DNA of 64,000 nucleotides, taken from positions 620,001 to 684,000 of the forward strand of contig OX597827.1 of assembly GCA_951406725.2 (NCBI GenBank), read 5' to 3'. The position numbers and the translations under genes were made by a program. Source of the DNA: Octopus vulgaris (taxonomy: Eukaryota). Positions 13,321 to 27,989 of this stretch are shown one piece after another. The notes below the pieces were generated by a model. That model searched no databases. It worked only from the letters and a program-made list of their open reading frames with translations, and was not told where the DNA came from. The number at the start of each line of letters is the position of its first letter. The stretch's first letter is position 1.

Positions 13321-13980
13321 CACGCACACATACACACATACACATAATATATATATAATTTTTGGGCTGGTGTTTGTAGTTCCTCTCCCATTATCCAATT
13401 TTATTTCAAACGGTCTAATATTATTTTTTTGTTTGTTGCATTTGTGTCAGTTGTGTTTTAGCCCTTAACCAAATTTAATATCTTAGTTTATATATACATA
13501 CATACACACATGCTCACACATATATGTATGTGTATGTATGTATGTATATATATATATATACACACACACACACATACACACACTCTCTCTCTCTCACACA
13601 CATACACATAAACACATTCTCATATATATATATATGTGTATGTACACACACATTTATATATTGTTATATTTGTTGGCAGAATCTTGAGGGCATCGTATAA
13701 AATGCCTTGTGCTGCTAGTTAGTTCAGTACCTAAATGCTTTAGCTTAAATTCCCAGCCAAGATCAGCTTTGTCTCTCATTCTTCTAGAACTCATAAATTA
13801 AGTGCTAGTCAACTTCTGATCTATTAATTAATTCTTCCCTCCTCACAAGTTTTGGTCTTGTATCACTGTAAAAGATCAACATTATATTATTCAATATTTA
13901 GTTAATTATTTGTTGGGTTCAATAAATATTATTAAAATTTTTACTCAGGTGAATTTCCTTTCAACTCGTGAAATTAACAT

Positions 13981-14145
13981 GTAAATGGCTGTGTATACCA
14001 AAGATACATGCATTCTTTAATATGTATCTCAAGCTATAAATGGCTGAATATACCAAAGACACATGCATTCTTTAATATGTATTTCAAGCTGTAAATGGCT
14101 GAGTATACCAAAGACACATGCATCCTTTAATATGTATCTCAAGCT
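13981..14145 (+). repeat. Tandem repeat, 3 x 55 bp
   Basis: Unit (g/a)taaatggctg..tataccaaaga.acatgcat.ctttaatatgtat.tcaagct at 13981, 14036 and 14091, inside a repeat related to 26338-26433. Confidence 0.9.
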
Positions 14146-14234
14146 GAATCAATGACATATATTACGTAACAAAGTTGGACCTTTGAATTACAGATGCAAC
14201 TCAGAAAGAGAAAGAGGGAGAAGTAGATAGATAA

Positions 14235-14285
<51 letters not shown>

Positions 14286-14659
14286 TAAGAGAAGAGAGAA
14301 ATTATGTAGCACTGGCTTGACACTTTATTTATTGCCCCTCCCCCTACCATCCCCTGAGAGGATGAAAGGTAAAATTGATCAGAGCAATAACTTAACTCAG
14401 GTCACAGTAAGATGGAATGAATACTGTAAAGCATTTAAAGCAATGTTCTCATGATTCTGCTAATTGATATTCTTAATTAAAATACAGGGCAGAAAACTGA
14501 CAGAAGCTGTAGAGTTTCAGACTAAATACGTTTTGATGTTTAGTTATACATCTTCCTTTAGGTTCAGGGCTCAAATGCCATTGAGGCTGATTTTGCATTT
14601 GATTCTTTTAGGGACTGGTAAAATAAAGTACCAGTCATGTAGTGGTGTTGGATCAGAGT

Positions 14660-15590
14660 TGAAGACAGTTCTGAGGATAAAATGTAACTTGATTTATTAA
14701 AGATATAATGTAACAAAAAACTGAGCTGAAACAGGAAAGCCTTGGATGTCAGACTAAGAGAGGACAAGAAAAAACCCCTACAAAGCCAATACCTGCAAAT
14801 GGAGAAACAAAGAAATGGGTAAAGGAAATTCTAGAATTTACTGAGAATCACAGAACTCAAAGCTGCTTTTGAAGGTTTTTTTTTTTTGGTTTTTTATTGC
14901 AGCACAAAAGTGAAGCTGCCCAATGAGAAGTTCTCAGAAACATAGAATAAGACAAAACAATGTGTAACTGTAGAATAAATGAAGTTTGGGAAGAAACAAC
15001 TGATCATTTTCTTTGTATACTCAGAGGAGAATAAATCTACATGTGTGTGTGTGTGTGTGTATACAAATATGTATGTATATGTGTATTGACAAAGCCCAGG
15101 GAGGCAGAAATTTTCAGTGATCATTTTCTCTACCAGTGCTGGACGAATTTTGCCTGTTGCTGGCGCAGTTTTGTGCTTTTAAATACAGAGCTGAATAACT
15201 GAGTTGGAGCTTATATACAGTGGAAATTATGCCAACTTCATGAAATACTGATAGAAAAAGGATAACAGAAATATATGCCAGGAAAAAATCTTAGAGAATG
15301 ACACAACAACCATACTCTGGGATAAGGCACCAATTACACACTTACAAGAGGATGAAGGAAATTTGACAAGATGCTGCTATGAAGGACTTTCTGATTATGA
15401 AGTGTATCCTTCAAAGTACCAATCCCAAGCTGACAATAATTTATCTCTACATGAAGCAAGGAAACCATCAAAATATAAGATCTGGAAATAGAGATAACCA
15501 TAATATTTTAAGAAATTAATCCTTAGACTTTCCAGTGTCATTGGAATGATTAAAACTGCAGAAAATACAGATCCTTCAGCTTTCATATAA
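14660..15590 (+). mobile_element. Highly degraded R4/Dong-type LINE 3' remnant
   Basis: Patchy peptides ELKAAFEG..AAQ, KILENDTTTILWD and KY(K)DLEIEIT. Confidence 0.5.
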
Positions 15591-16749
15591 TGCATAGTAA
15601 GTAACCAAGTAAGTAAGTACTAACTCGAGTTCTTGGACTCATAGGGCTGGTTACCAGGGTTCTATGGCATAAAAATGACCATGATTCCATCATTCCTCAT
15701 GAACAGGACATTAGTCCATTGAACAGTTACTCATTCACAACTAAGAAAACTGGTCCAACGGGAAATGGAGTGTTTTACTCAAAAACACAATTTACTGCCT
15801 GGCCTAAGAAATGAAACCATGATCTTGTGATTGAGAGTGCAACACTCTAACCATTAGGCCATATGCCTTCACTTAATGCAAATGCAACAAATAGCAAATA
15901 GCACTACCAGATAATGAAAAGTACTGTAGCCGCTGTGTGTGGAAGTCCATCTTGGGCATTGCTTTTATGGGGGTAACCATTTTTTGAGCCTGCCATATAA
16001 GCTTACATAGGTTGTATAGGCCTAGAGGGGTGAAGTATGGGGGTAAAGCTCAGTGGGGTGGTTCCCCAGACAACATGCACTCTAGCTGTGCCACTGATTA
16101 TGTAAGCATACATTATGTACAGCAGTGTTAAAGTATTCCTAAAATACAAGAGCATAACACCAAGGTGCACATATACAACGCTGCCCTCGGTAATGTAGTG
16201 AAAGTACGCAATAAAACAGGACTACTTTTAATAATAATCACCATCTTCCCCATCACCACCATCACAACCGCCACCTCCACCATCACCATCTTCCCCATCA
16301 CCACCATCACAACCACCACCACCACCATCACCATCTTCCCCACCACCACCATCTTCACCACTGATATCACTCTCATCACCACTACTACCATCATCACCTT
16401 CACCGCCGCCGCCACCACCACCACCATCAAACGTTTAGTGTAGTGGATTGGCAGAATCAGTGGAGCACTAGACATAAATGCTTTGCAGTATTTAGTTGTC
16501 TTCCTTTACATTCTGAGTTCAAATCCCGCCAAGGCTGATGTTGCCTTTTATCTTTGTAAGGAATTGATAAGCTAAAATTAAGCATCAAGTAATTGTGGGA
16601 GACGAGGGGAATGGGATAGCAGGGGGGGGGGGCAAGTTTGGGTGATGATGTAATTAACCATTCTCTTACACCCCACTTCCCACCACAGAACTTTTGGTCT
16701 TGTGCCTCTGTTAGAAATCATTATTATCATTTATTATTATTATTATTGG

Positions 16750-17340
16750 TTTTGTTGTTGTTGCGTGCTTTCACTGCAATGTCTTAACTGTATCTTCAAA
16801 CTTTCACTGCGTAATTAAATGCAGCTATGTATGCTTTAAGCATGTGCAGTGTCTCTCTGCTTTGTTTACTTTATTGTGCAATTTGTATTGTATTAAAAGT
16901 ATTTCAGTCAGAAGAGTTATTATCTAAATGTTGTATTGTGTTGTGTTGTTGTGTACATTCTAGGCCCTTTGTTAAGAGATTGGTTTGCAGCCCCACTTTT
17001 TTTAATAATTCCTAAGGCACCTACTTTTACAAAAATTGTTTCTGTTTTCAATCCCCACATTCCAGATCTTTCTATTTGGATAGTTTCGCCATTTATTATT
17101 TATTCCAGAGATATATTATCATCATCTGTTGACAATGACACAAGGATTTTGGAAGAGTTTTGCTTGATGCTACTTTGACAATAATGCCCATGAAATATTC
17201 CTTAATCTACTTGTCTCTGTGAATCATGGCATCTGGTTATTTTGTCTTTGCATAAATATTCTTTGTGCTGTGTGTTTCAATCACCTCTTGTCTGTTAGTA
17301 ATCCATAATAACTGGCTTTGTTTCCAGTGAATGAAACATC
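16750..17340 (-). mobile_element. R4/Dong-type LINE 3' end remnant
   Basis: Minus-strand MWGLKTETIFVKVGALGIIKK (C-terminus of the restriction-like endonuclease), then a 3' UTR running into (AAC/AAT)n. Confidence 0.6.
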
Positions 17341-17546
17341 AAACTCTGTCAGGCTTATGTAAATACTCTGCTTTGAATAAATCTAGGCTGCTAGAAGCAA
17401 TGTCACTAATTGTTTCTCAATAACTTCCACATATGTTACATACAACATTTGATTGCATAAAGGTTGTGTGGGCAGGTCAGATGCATCCCAATTTCAGCAG
17501 TGCATATTCAAGAACAAAATTTTCAGTGCATTAAAACATGTAATAT

Positions 17547-17776
17547 TTAACCCTTTTGATACCAACCTAGCTGAAACGGCCTCTGGCTCTGTAGTACAAA
17601 TGTCATGTTTTCAAAAGTTCTGAATTAAAATCTTCCACCAAACCTTAGCCACAATTTATGTTCCTAACACTAGCTTAATGATAGCTAAGTTATTTTACTA
17701 AATTCTTTGTTATATTTAAAATTAATTGAAAGAAACACAGAGCGTCTCAAAATAAATATGGTAACGAAAGGGTCAA
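17547..17776. mobile_element. piggyBac-type MITE
   Basis: TTAA|CCCTTTTGATACC ... GGTAACGAAAGGG|TCAA: CCC/GGG termini with a TTAA-like target site. Confidence 0.7.
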
Positions 17777-18838
17777 AGCAGTGTATCAGTACATTACAAA
17801 ACATAACAAAAGTACCTCAGCTGTAAGAGAAAATATTGCTGAGTATAAAAAATGAATATTATCACGGAGCCAGGCTATAAAGTGGCAAGCTGGCAGAATT
17901 GTAACTGCACCAGGCAAAATGCTTAGTGGCATTTCATTTGTCTTTATGTTCTGAGTTCAAATTCTGCTGGGGTCGACTTTGCCTTTCATCCTCTTGAGGT
18001 TAATAAAATAACTATTTGACTTACTCTCATCCTCAAATTGCTAACTTTGTGCCAAAATTCAGCACCATTATTATGGATTCAGACTAGGTATAAGAAATGG
18101 TGTGGATTAAAAAGCATAAGGGACAAAATTAGTTCTTTGGAGGCTCAACTTCACATATAAGGATCCAGGTTGATTTTTTGGAGACATTTTTAAGGGAAGA
18201 AAGTGCATCTTATATGCCATCAAATATGGTAACCTACTTCTTTATAATAGTCTACTGGGAAATCTTTAGACTTTGATGTTATCAGAAACCATTGATTCCA
18301 GAGATGAATCCTGTGATTCTTAGCCATTGTTTTAGTTGCTACTACTTTGATCAGCCTTGTCTGTTATTAGCCATACAAAGGGGTTTTCTAGCCAATGTTT
18401 AAGGATGGCATTTTGTAAACCTGATTTTAACGTATGTTTTCAGTTTATTAATACTTCCTCCAGTTGATTCTTCATCTTCCAAGTTATCTCAAAGCTTCTC
18501 TTTTAATGTTTGCTGGCCACGTCCAACATTGAAAATGTTTTTGTTTGTTGTTATATTGCTTTACACTTTTTCTGAGTTCAGTCATTGAACAGCGGCCATG
18601 TTGGTGCAATATCTTTGAGGGGTTTCTTTTTAGCCGATCACATTGATCCCACCACTTAATTCATTTTGGTGCTTATTTTACTGATCTTTATCAAATTGCT
18701 AAGTTCAGTTTTAATTTCTACGTCAACGGATGTAAATATATACACCAGTTTAAACCACTAGACATAAATGGAGACACAGGCATATATACAAATGCTCACA
18801 CACATGCATGCACACTGCACACACACACACACACACAC

Positions 18839-18902
<64 letters not shown>

Positions 18903-18940
18903 GAGGTGTAAATATTAGTGTATGCAGTAGAAAAAATACA

Positions 18941-19030
18941 AGTACTCAATACTGTAAGTGAAGTTAATAATTTCTTTGAAGGTGGAACTTCACAAATTGT
19001 TTCTCTGCTTTTCTCGTTGGTGATCTTCAG
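18941..19030 (-). mobile_element. Degenerate pLTR/HHR-like remnant
   Basis: Minus strand CTGAAGA...GAAACAATTTGTG. Shares GTACTCAATAC and an AT-rich segment with the 54066-54139 flank. Confidence 0.4.
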
Positions 19031-19469
19031 ACGATTATGAAAAGTAGGGCCTTCATGACTTCATGATTCTTCACCATTTATTTGTCTTTATTTTTTACTA
19101 AATATTTTTGTAGTCCTTTGGTGGATATTTTATAACAATTTTCTCGCTGCCTTTTTGGCACATATAAACTGTTTACATTAGTTTTTTTAAACCAACTGTG
19201 GGTATTTAATAACAATTTTCTTTCTGCAGTGCTTGGGTGTAGTACTCACAATTTCAAGGTCATGATTTCGATATCTGTACCAGGCAGTGTGTTGTGTTCT
19301 TGAACAAAGCATTTCATTTTGCATAACCCCCCCTACTCAACTGTAAATAAGTAACTCCACAGTTGATTAGCTTCCTGTTGATCTCAGCTATGGCAACTGG
19401 GTAATCAGCCCTATAAATACATGACGTGAGACAGTAATATCAGGGAGTTGATGATGACGATGGTGATGA

Positions 19470-20105
19470 TAAAGGGGTTCTTATATTATTGTATCTATAA
19501 TAAATATAAATTGTCTTCATTTTTTCTTGTTTTTGATTGGTTCGTTGACAATTTTCCTTGTTTTTTCCTATTCCGTTTTCTTGATCCATTTAGCTTCCAG
19601 TTGAGTCTATCATCATTGTAATGTAATGCGCAAACAGCTGGGACACTGATACTTAACATCTTATCATTAGCATTCTGTTTTGATTTTAAGTATTAATTGA
19701 GTACATCATTAATATTCCTTTGTAGTATTTTCTTTCATTTAAGTGTATTTGTACGCTGTCTAGTTAATTAATTCTTAAGTATTTGTAAGTCTGTATTTGG
19801 TCTAATTATCTTTGTTTTATATCTTTTTATCAATCATGATATTGCTGTTTTTTTATTTATAATTATTGTTATTGATGTTTTTTTCTTTCATTAAGATGAT
19901 TTGACCAACTAACAAAATTTCATACTACTTTCTCTACTGAATCTGTGTACCGTATCTAAGAAGGCTTCCTGTTGTTTTATAGTCTTTCCTGCATACAACT
20001 TGAGGTCGTCAGTATACTGTTAATGGTTGATAGTCATGCCATAGCATGGAAGTCTATTTCCAGTCTGCTTTAGAATATTACTTAAAGGTCTTAGCTCTAA
20101 ATAGA
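19470..20105 (-). mobile_element. LINE reverse-transcriptase remnant (R4/Dong-like)
   Basis: Minus-strand LRPLSNILKQTG...INH*QYTDDLKLYA contains the YxDD catalytic motif. Confidence 0.75.
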
Positions 20106-20149
20106 AAATCAGTGGAGACATAGATAGATAGAAAGATATACATATACAT

Positions 20150-20639
<490 letters not shown>

Positions 20640-21006
20640 TTTTGTCTTTTAATTGTTTCAGTCATTAGACTGCAGCCATGCTGGGGCACCACCTAGAATT
20701 TTAGTTGAATGAATCAACCTTAGTACTTATTCTATCAGTCTCAACAAATTTAAATGATTATTCTGGAGCATATTCACCATCTACTTCAATTACTACTTCC
20801 CATTCGCTTGGCAGGTGGTCAGACCGTCATTTAAACATGTTTTTGTTAAATATTGTTATTATTTTTGTTGAATAAAATTTTTTGAAAAAAATCCACTATA
20901 ATTATACACCAACCCAATATATATATATAAACAACAGTAGCAATCATTCCTTCCTGGACTGCCACATTATGTTGGTGAATAGCCTTTACTTATATATATA
21001 CATACA

Positions 21007-21046
<40 letters not shown>

Positions 21047-21469
21047 GCAAGGGCACCAGAGAAATATGTCCTGTGTTTCACATGTAATACACAGAACAAG
21101 CAAAGGGTCAAGGTGTTAGCATTGTGATTTGTCTAAGGTTTCTAACTGATTGAGCTTCTTCATAGAGTCTCCTTTCTTTTTATATGAAATGAAAAGGGAA
21201 CTTTGCTGGGATTTGAAACAGGGATACAAATGGTTTCACACAGCAATAATAAAAATTTCTGATACATTAGAAATAAGAATATTGATTTCTAAAGTAGACT
21301 CACTTCAATGATTATCAGTTGAGAGGTTAGTTAATTAGATTTACTGGTATTTACTTAATATTGTGAAGCCCAGAAGGATAAAAGGCAAAGTTGACCTTGA
21401 TGAGATTTTAAACTCAGAAATGCAAATGAGTTTTCAATGTAAACGACATGATAGAGATAATAACATTGA

Positions 21470-21935
21470 CAATGATGATGATGAGGGTGATGTTTGATGA
21501 CTTCTATGACAATGACGATGAGGATGTTAACGATCATGGTGATAATGATGATGAGGTAATGATGAGGATGATAATGATGGTGATAATGATGATGGTGATG
21601 ATGACAGATGATGATAATGAGGATGATGACAGTTATGATGATTATGATGGTGGTGATGATGATAGTGATGATGATGCTGGTGATAATGATGATGGTGATA
21701 ATGATGATGGTGATGATGATGACAGTGATCACAATGATCATGGTGGCGCCAATGAAGATGGTAATGATGATGATGATGATAGTGATGACAACGATCGTGA
21801 CGGCGACACTGAAGATGGCAATGATGACAACGATGATGATGACAATGATGATGAAGATGATGATGATGAAGATGATGATGATGAGGCTGATGTTTATGAT
21901 AATGACAACAACGATGCCGATGAAGAAGGTGAGTG
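21470..21935. repeat. Degenerate (GAT)n tract
   Basis: Direct inspection; explains the Asp/Met-rich ORFs. Confidence 0.9.
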
Positions 21936-22500
21936 AGAATAGGAAGAAGAAAACGCTGAGGATTCCGTCAAGACTTGCTCTTCCTTAACCACAATCTCCT
22001 GCAATAATTTCATTTGTCAGCAATAGAATATACAGCCCGAACTCAGCTGCACCCCACTCTCCCTTTACACACACAATACACACATACAAAAACAACAGAA
22101 AATGCCGAAACAAACCCCACCACCAAACCTGCCGAGGGTGACGGGGATGGGGTGGGGGTGAAGTGTTTGTTGAAGAATGGAAATAATAAAAGGAAATTAT
22201 AAGAAATAAATTCAACTAAAGGCCTTCTCTGAAATAACCTCTATTCTTTGTTTCCAATAAACATAATAGAATTTTTCCTTAATTTACCGAAATTGCTGCA
22301 AGACTTTCCTTCCTTTATCAACTGTTCACTGCTTGAAGGGGGACTGGCTCTTGTGAGAAATGCTTTCCCCACCTGCCATCCATCTCTCCTGTTTTCCACC
22401 TCCTCTCTCTCTCTATATATATATATATGTTCTGAGTGAGTGTGTATGTTTATAAAGTATGTATGTAGATAATATACATATGTGTATAAATGTATATATA

Positions 22501-22540
<40 letters not shown>

Positions 22541-22762
22541 ATGTGTGTGTGTGTATATATATATGCATACATGTATATATGTGTGTGTGTATAATATATA
22601 TATGTATATGTGTATATATATATATATGTGTGTGTGTGTGTGCGTATAATATATATATATGTGTGTGTGTGTGTGTATAATATATATATGCGTATGTATA
22701 TGTGTATATATATATAATTTATGTGTGTCTATATATATATATATATATATAATATATGTGTG

Positions 22763-22803
<41 letters not shown>

Positions 22804-23314
22804 GTGTGTGTGTATATATATATATGCATATATATAATATATATGTGTATGTACGCACAACACACACACACACACACTTACACACACATGTCCACAGAGC
22901 TTATATTTTTTCATTCTTACTCTCTCTCTCTCTCTCTCTATCATATTTTCCATTGCCCTCCAACCGTTTTTGTTATTATTATTGGTGGCTTCCTTTCTTT
23001 CCCTGATACTCATCATTCCTCTCTCTCTCTCTCTCTCCTTTCACTCACTCTCCTTCACACTCTCCTATTCTTGCTCTCATTCAATTTTTCTATCCTTCTC
23101 TTTTATTTCCCCTATCTCTCTCTTTCTCCCTCTCTTTCCTAGTCTTTTCCTTTCATCTCAAAATCTTTTTAGTCTTCATGTTCTTCTCGGAGTTCTTGCC
23201 TTCTTCTATTCTTCCGTTTTGCCTTCTTAAAATTAGTTTTCATATTCTCTCTGATCCTCCGCACTTTCTTCTCCCTACCTTCCTTTTCCTTCCCTTTTTT
23301 ATACCCCTTGTTTC

Positions 23315-23582
23315 TTTTTCTTCTTCTTCTTCTTCTTCTTCTCCTTCTTCTTCTTCTTCCTTCTTCTTCTTCTTCTTCTTCTTCTTCTTCTTCTTCTTCT
23401 TCTTTTTCTTCTTCTTCCTTCTTCTTCTTCTTCTTCTTTTTCTTCTTTTTCTTCATTCTTCCACTACCACCACCACTACCACCACAGCCACCGCTGCCAC
23501 CACCACCGCCACCACTGCTGCTGCCACCGCCACCGCCACCGCCGCAACCAGCACCACCACCAGCAGCACCACCACCACCACC
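23315..23582. repeat. Compound (TTC)n and (CCA/CCG)n microsatellite
   Basis: Direct inspection. Confidence 0.9.
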
Positions 23583-24000
23583 TTTAAGATTCTTTGGCCA
23601 GGAGATTGACATAACATTTGTTTATAGACATCAGCTCAAGACCAGGTTGGTCAGTAGAACAACAGATCAGAGAAGTATGAAAGCAAACCGTTTAGTGAAG
23701 ACGGTGGACACCTCTCACTTGCAAGCTGTTCTATGCAGGGCCACATAAAGCACAGCTCTTGGTCTCTTCAGTTGCTTGTCAGTATTTCCATGAGAGAAAA
23801 GTCACATGGAAATGTCTTTCATATTGCAATACAGCTTTTCCCAAAGACAAGGGGAAAGGGAGAGGGGATGGGAAGGCAGGGTGGAGGAGGAGGAGAAGGA
23901 GGAGAGAGAGAGAGCAGATGATAAAGAAACTACCCTAGTATTTGACTGGTACTGTATTTATTTACCCAGAAGGATAAAAGGCATAGTCAGAATGATTTAT

Positions 24001-24425
24001 CTTTTATCTTTTACTTGTTTCAGTCATTAAACTGTGGCCATGCTGGGGCACCATCTCGATTTTTTCATCTAATGAATTGACCCCAGTACTTCTTTTATTT
24101 TGAAGCCTGGGTTTCTATCAATCTCTTTTGCTGAAGCGCTTAGTTATGAGGATTTAAACATATCAACACCAATTGTCAAGCAATGGTGAAGGTCAAACAC
24201 AGACACAAGACATACCCCCATGCGCATGCACACACACACACAAACCCACGCACACATATATATATATGATGGGCTTCTCTCAATTTCCGCCTACCAAATC
24301 TACTCACATGGCTTTGGTCAACCTGAGGCTATATTAGAAAACACTTACCCAAGGTACCATGTTGTGGGACTGAACCCGGAACCATGTGGTTGGGAAGCAA
24401 GCTTCTTACCACACAGCCACGCCTG
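24001..24425 (-). mobile_element. SINE family A copy
   Basis: Reverse complement of family A, CpG-decayed. Confidence 0.8.
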
Positions 24426-25419
24426 TAAAAGAATGTGTGAGTATGTCTGAGTAAAGCTGCCAGTAAAGTAAAAATTTTGCATTATGTAGCTTGTTATTCT
24501 CTTTAGCTGAACATTTTTCTGGTTGAAATACACCGAAAAATGGCGACACAGTAGTCAAAAAATCGTAAAAAATAAGGATTTTCTTAGAAAAAAAGCACCT
24601 TTTTGATGTAAATAATTTTTGTTGTTAACATGGTCCAGTTTGAATTTTTTTCTACGGAAGGAAGAGCAAGCCTTCTTCTATCATACTCTCAATTTTAGTC
24701 AACTTGCGCTGCAGGGTCTTGGAGGCGATAGTGTTAGTTGAAGGCTACCAAACCTGCCATACACAGGCAACTTCAGCTTTATATAGAGAGATGTGTATAT
24801 GAACTACAACATTGCAGATGTACATGTCATGATCAAGAGAGGCATAAGGCTGATAACAGGATATGAACCATGGCTCCTTCTGGTTCCTTCTGATTCCTTC
24901 AGTGCTTTTTCTAAAAGATACAACTTAAAGAGGAAAAACAAAAAGAAAAAAGCAACCAGAAAAGAAGGACAAAAGAAGAATTGCTCGAAGAAAAATGTAT
25001 AAAGCATAAAAGTGAGTTATTCCTCTGCAAAATATATTTAATCAGACCATCACAAGAGGGGAAAAAAAAGCGAAATGTGAAAATCTTTCTAAAAATTTGT
25101 ATGAAACTTGGTACATTATGGCTGCCATTTTGCTATTGCTGGTAAGAAAATATCTGACATGAACTTGTCTTGTTCGAAGTAAGACAGGTGTATAGAATTT
25201 AATTTATTTTTGCAGGATGACAAGGAAACAAGTTAGACAAGAATAGAGACGGAATGGATTTATGTTGGCTTTTCTTTGTCAGTTTCCTTTAAGAAATACT
25301 AGCTTTCTTTAGATTTACATATGACAGATCTCAAATTGTAACCAGAGTAGGAAGAGAGTAATGGTAGTTAAATCTAATTGTATATTGTCAAACATATGTA
25401 TGCACACATACTGTGAGGG

Positions 25420-25481
<62 letters not shown>

Positions 25482-25811
25482 AATATATGAAATGACATTT
25501 TTTACACATATACACATCTACTTACCTACATTTCCTGCCAGCCTGCCTACCTACCTACCTACCTACCCGCCAATCTATCTATCTATCTATCTATCTTCAT
25601 ATATGTACATATATATATACACACACACAAACACATACACACACACTCTCACACACACATTCAAATTTTGTATAAGAATCATGCTGTAATTATTGATGTC
25701 ACATACTTTATGTGTGTATGTTGTTTTCAAAACATTTTCAGCTGATATTTCATCCAGGGAAGGTCCCTTTAAAGATTCCGAGTGTTAAAAAACACAGAAT
25801 ACTTCAAAGCC

Positions 25812-26049
25812 AGGCAAAATGAATTGAGCTGGAAGTGAATGAGAATCACAAATACTGATATTTTGCAGCTATTTCTGCTCCTCAGTGCCACACACTTGAT
25901 ATTTCCCTTGAAATGAATTTGAATTACAGAGGCCCATCATTTAAATTCATTGCAAGGGTGATTTAAGTATATGGCACTGGCAAGCAGAAACAACTGAATT
26001 CTCAATATCTGTCATTCTTGCTCACCTCTGGAGTGGTTCGTTTTTGCCT
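25812..26049. repeat. Degenerate palindromic element of about 240 bp
   Basis: aggcaaaa...cagtgcca...cccttgaaatgaattt and aaattcattgcaaggg...tggcactg...ttttgcct. Confidence 0.65.
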
Positions 26050-26433
26050 CTGTTTTTCTAAATGAACCTTTCCAAGACAAAAATAGCTCAGCCTAAAAGT
26101 GTTCAACAACACAAATTAAGTGTGTGATGCCGATAAAGTTTGCATTACATAAGCTGCTTCTAACACAGAATTGAATTTTGTTTTACTTGTGTGGCAGTGT
26201 TCAAATCAGTAAATAGATTTTATGCAGTCTGTATGTTTGTATTGTGTATTGAGTACAAGATTTCAAAGTAGTCCATTTTGAGGCAACCAAATTCAACAAA
26301 GATAATATATATATTTCTGGCCCTTCATTAGTTATAACAACGAGGGTTCCAGTTGATTGAATCAATGGAACAGCCTGCTCGTGAAATTAATGTGCAAGTG
26401 GCTGAGCATTCCACAGATGCATATACCCTTAAT

Positions 26434-26895
26434 GTGGCAGCGAGCTGGCAGAAGCGTTAGCACGCCGGGCAAAATGCTTAGCAGTATTTCGTCTGCCGCT
26501 ACGTTCTGAGTTCAAATTCTGTTGAGGTCGACTTTGCCTTTCATCCTTTCGGGGTCGATTAAATAATTACCAGTTACGCACTGGGGTCGATATAATTGAC
26601 TTAATCCGTTTGTCTGTCCTTGTTTGTCCTCTCTGTGTTTAGCCCCTTGTGGGTAGTAAAGAAATAGGTATTTCGTCTGTTGTTACATTCTGAGTTCAAA
26701 TTCTGCCGAGGTTGACTTAGCCTTTCATCATTTCAGGGTCGATTAAATAAGCATAACTTAGCAGATCAACAAAAGGGATCGATAGAATAAGCACTAGGTT
26801 TACAAAGAATAAGTCCTGGGGGTCGATTTGTTGAACTAAAGGTGGTGTTCCAGCATGGCCACAGTCAAATGACCGAAACAAGTAAAAGAATAAAA

Positions 26896-26897
<2 letters not shown>
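26434..26897 (+). mobile_element. Young SINE family B copy, a partial duplicate and a fused family A 3' end
   Basis: gcgagctggcagaagcgttagcacgccggg... full unit, a second ggtatttcgtctg unit at about 26667, then taacttagc...gaaacaagtaaaag. Confidence 0.75.
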
Positions 26898-26975
<78 letters not shown>

Positions 26976-27440
26976 TCACACTATAAGTACACATGCACTA
27001 TATACACACACATCTACACAAACACAAACAGCACACACACACAAATGGCTTAAGCTGATGTTCTATTCAATTTTCTATTTGAAATGACAGAAATCATATG
27101 ATTTAGATGCAGTGTTATATGTTTTTCCACAAACAATTTAGAAGTTAAATATATTGGTTTGCTTGTAATAAATTGGATAGAAGTTGCATACACGGGCATA
27201 CAAACACACAAACACATGGAGATAAGCAGTTATTGCTGTGCACAAATATATACATGCAGTCAATTTCATATACAGATAGGCTTATCTTAATACTTATGAT
27301 ACATACATACAAGTATATATACATTCATATTTACTTTCGTTCATTCATATATACGTACACACATACAGATACATTCATACATCCTTGTGAAAGGATTTGG
27401 TAGATGGAAACTGAAAGAAGCCCTTCATATATGTGAATAA

Positions 27441-27856
27441 AGGTGTAGGAGTGGCTGTGTGGTGAGTGGCTTGCTTGCGAACCACATGGTCCCGGGTTCG
27501 GTCCCACAGCGTGGCACCTTGGACAAGTGTCTTCTACTATAGCCTTGGGCCGACCAAGACCTTGTGAGTGGATTTGGTGGACGGAACTGAAAGAGGCCTG
27601 TCGTATATATGTATAAATATGGATGTGTGTGTGTGTATATGTTTGTGTGTCTGTGTTTGTCCCCCAACATCGCTTGACAACCGATGCTGGTGTGTTTACG
27701 TCTCTGTGACTTAGCGGTTCAGCAAAAGAGACTGATAGAATTAGTACTGGGCTAGCAGGGAGTGAGTCCTGGGGTCGATTTGCTTGACTAAAAAAGGCGG
27801 TGCTCCAGCATGGCAACAGTCAAATGACTGAAACAAATAAAAGAGTAAAAGAGAGT
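27441..27856 (+). mobile_element. tRNA-derived SINE family A, full length (resembles described octopus SINEs)
   Basis: tRNA-like head (A box TGGCTGTGTGG, B box GGTTCGGTCCC), internal (TG)n, tail GGCGGTGCTCCAGCATGG...GAAACAA and (AAAAGAG) repeats. Many copies in the window. Confidence 0.85.
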
Positions 27857-27989
27857 ATGCGTGTGTGTGCATGTGTGTGTGTGTGTGATTGTGTCTGTGT
27901 TTTAACATCTTTTAACCACCATGTGTTGAAGTGCATCTCTTGACTAAGTTTGCATTCATGGGGCTGATAACATCATAAGACTTGGAAGG

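Noticed and set aside
13981-14145. CRISPR-like array
   Set aside because: Contiguous 55-bp tandem units without unique spacers, in eukaryotic DNA with no cas genes.
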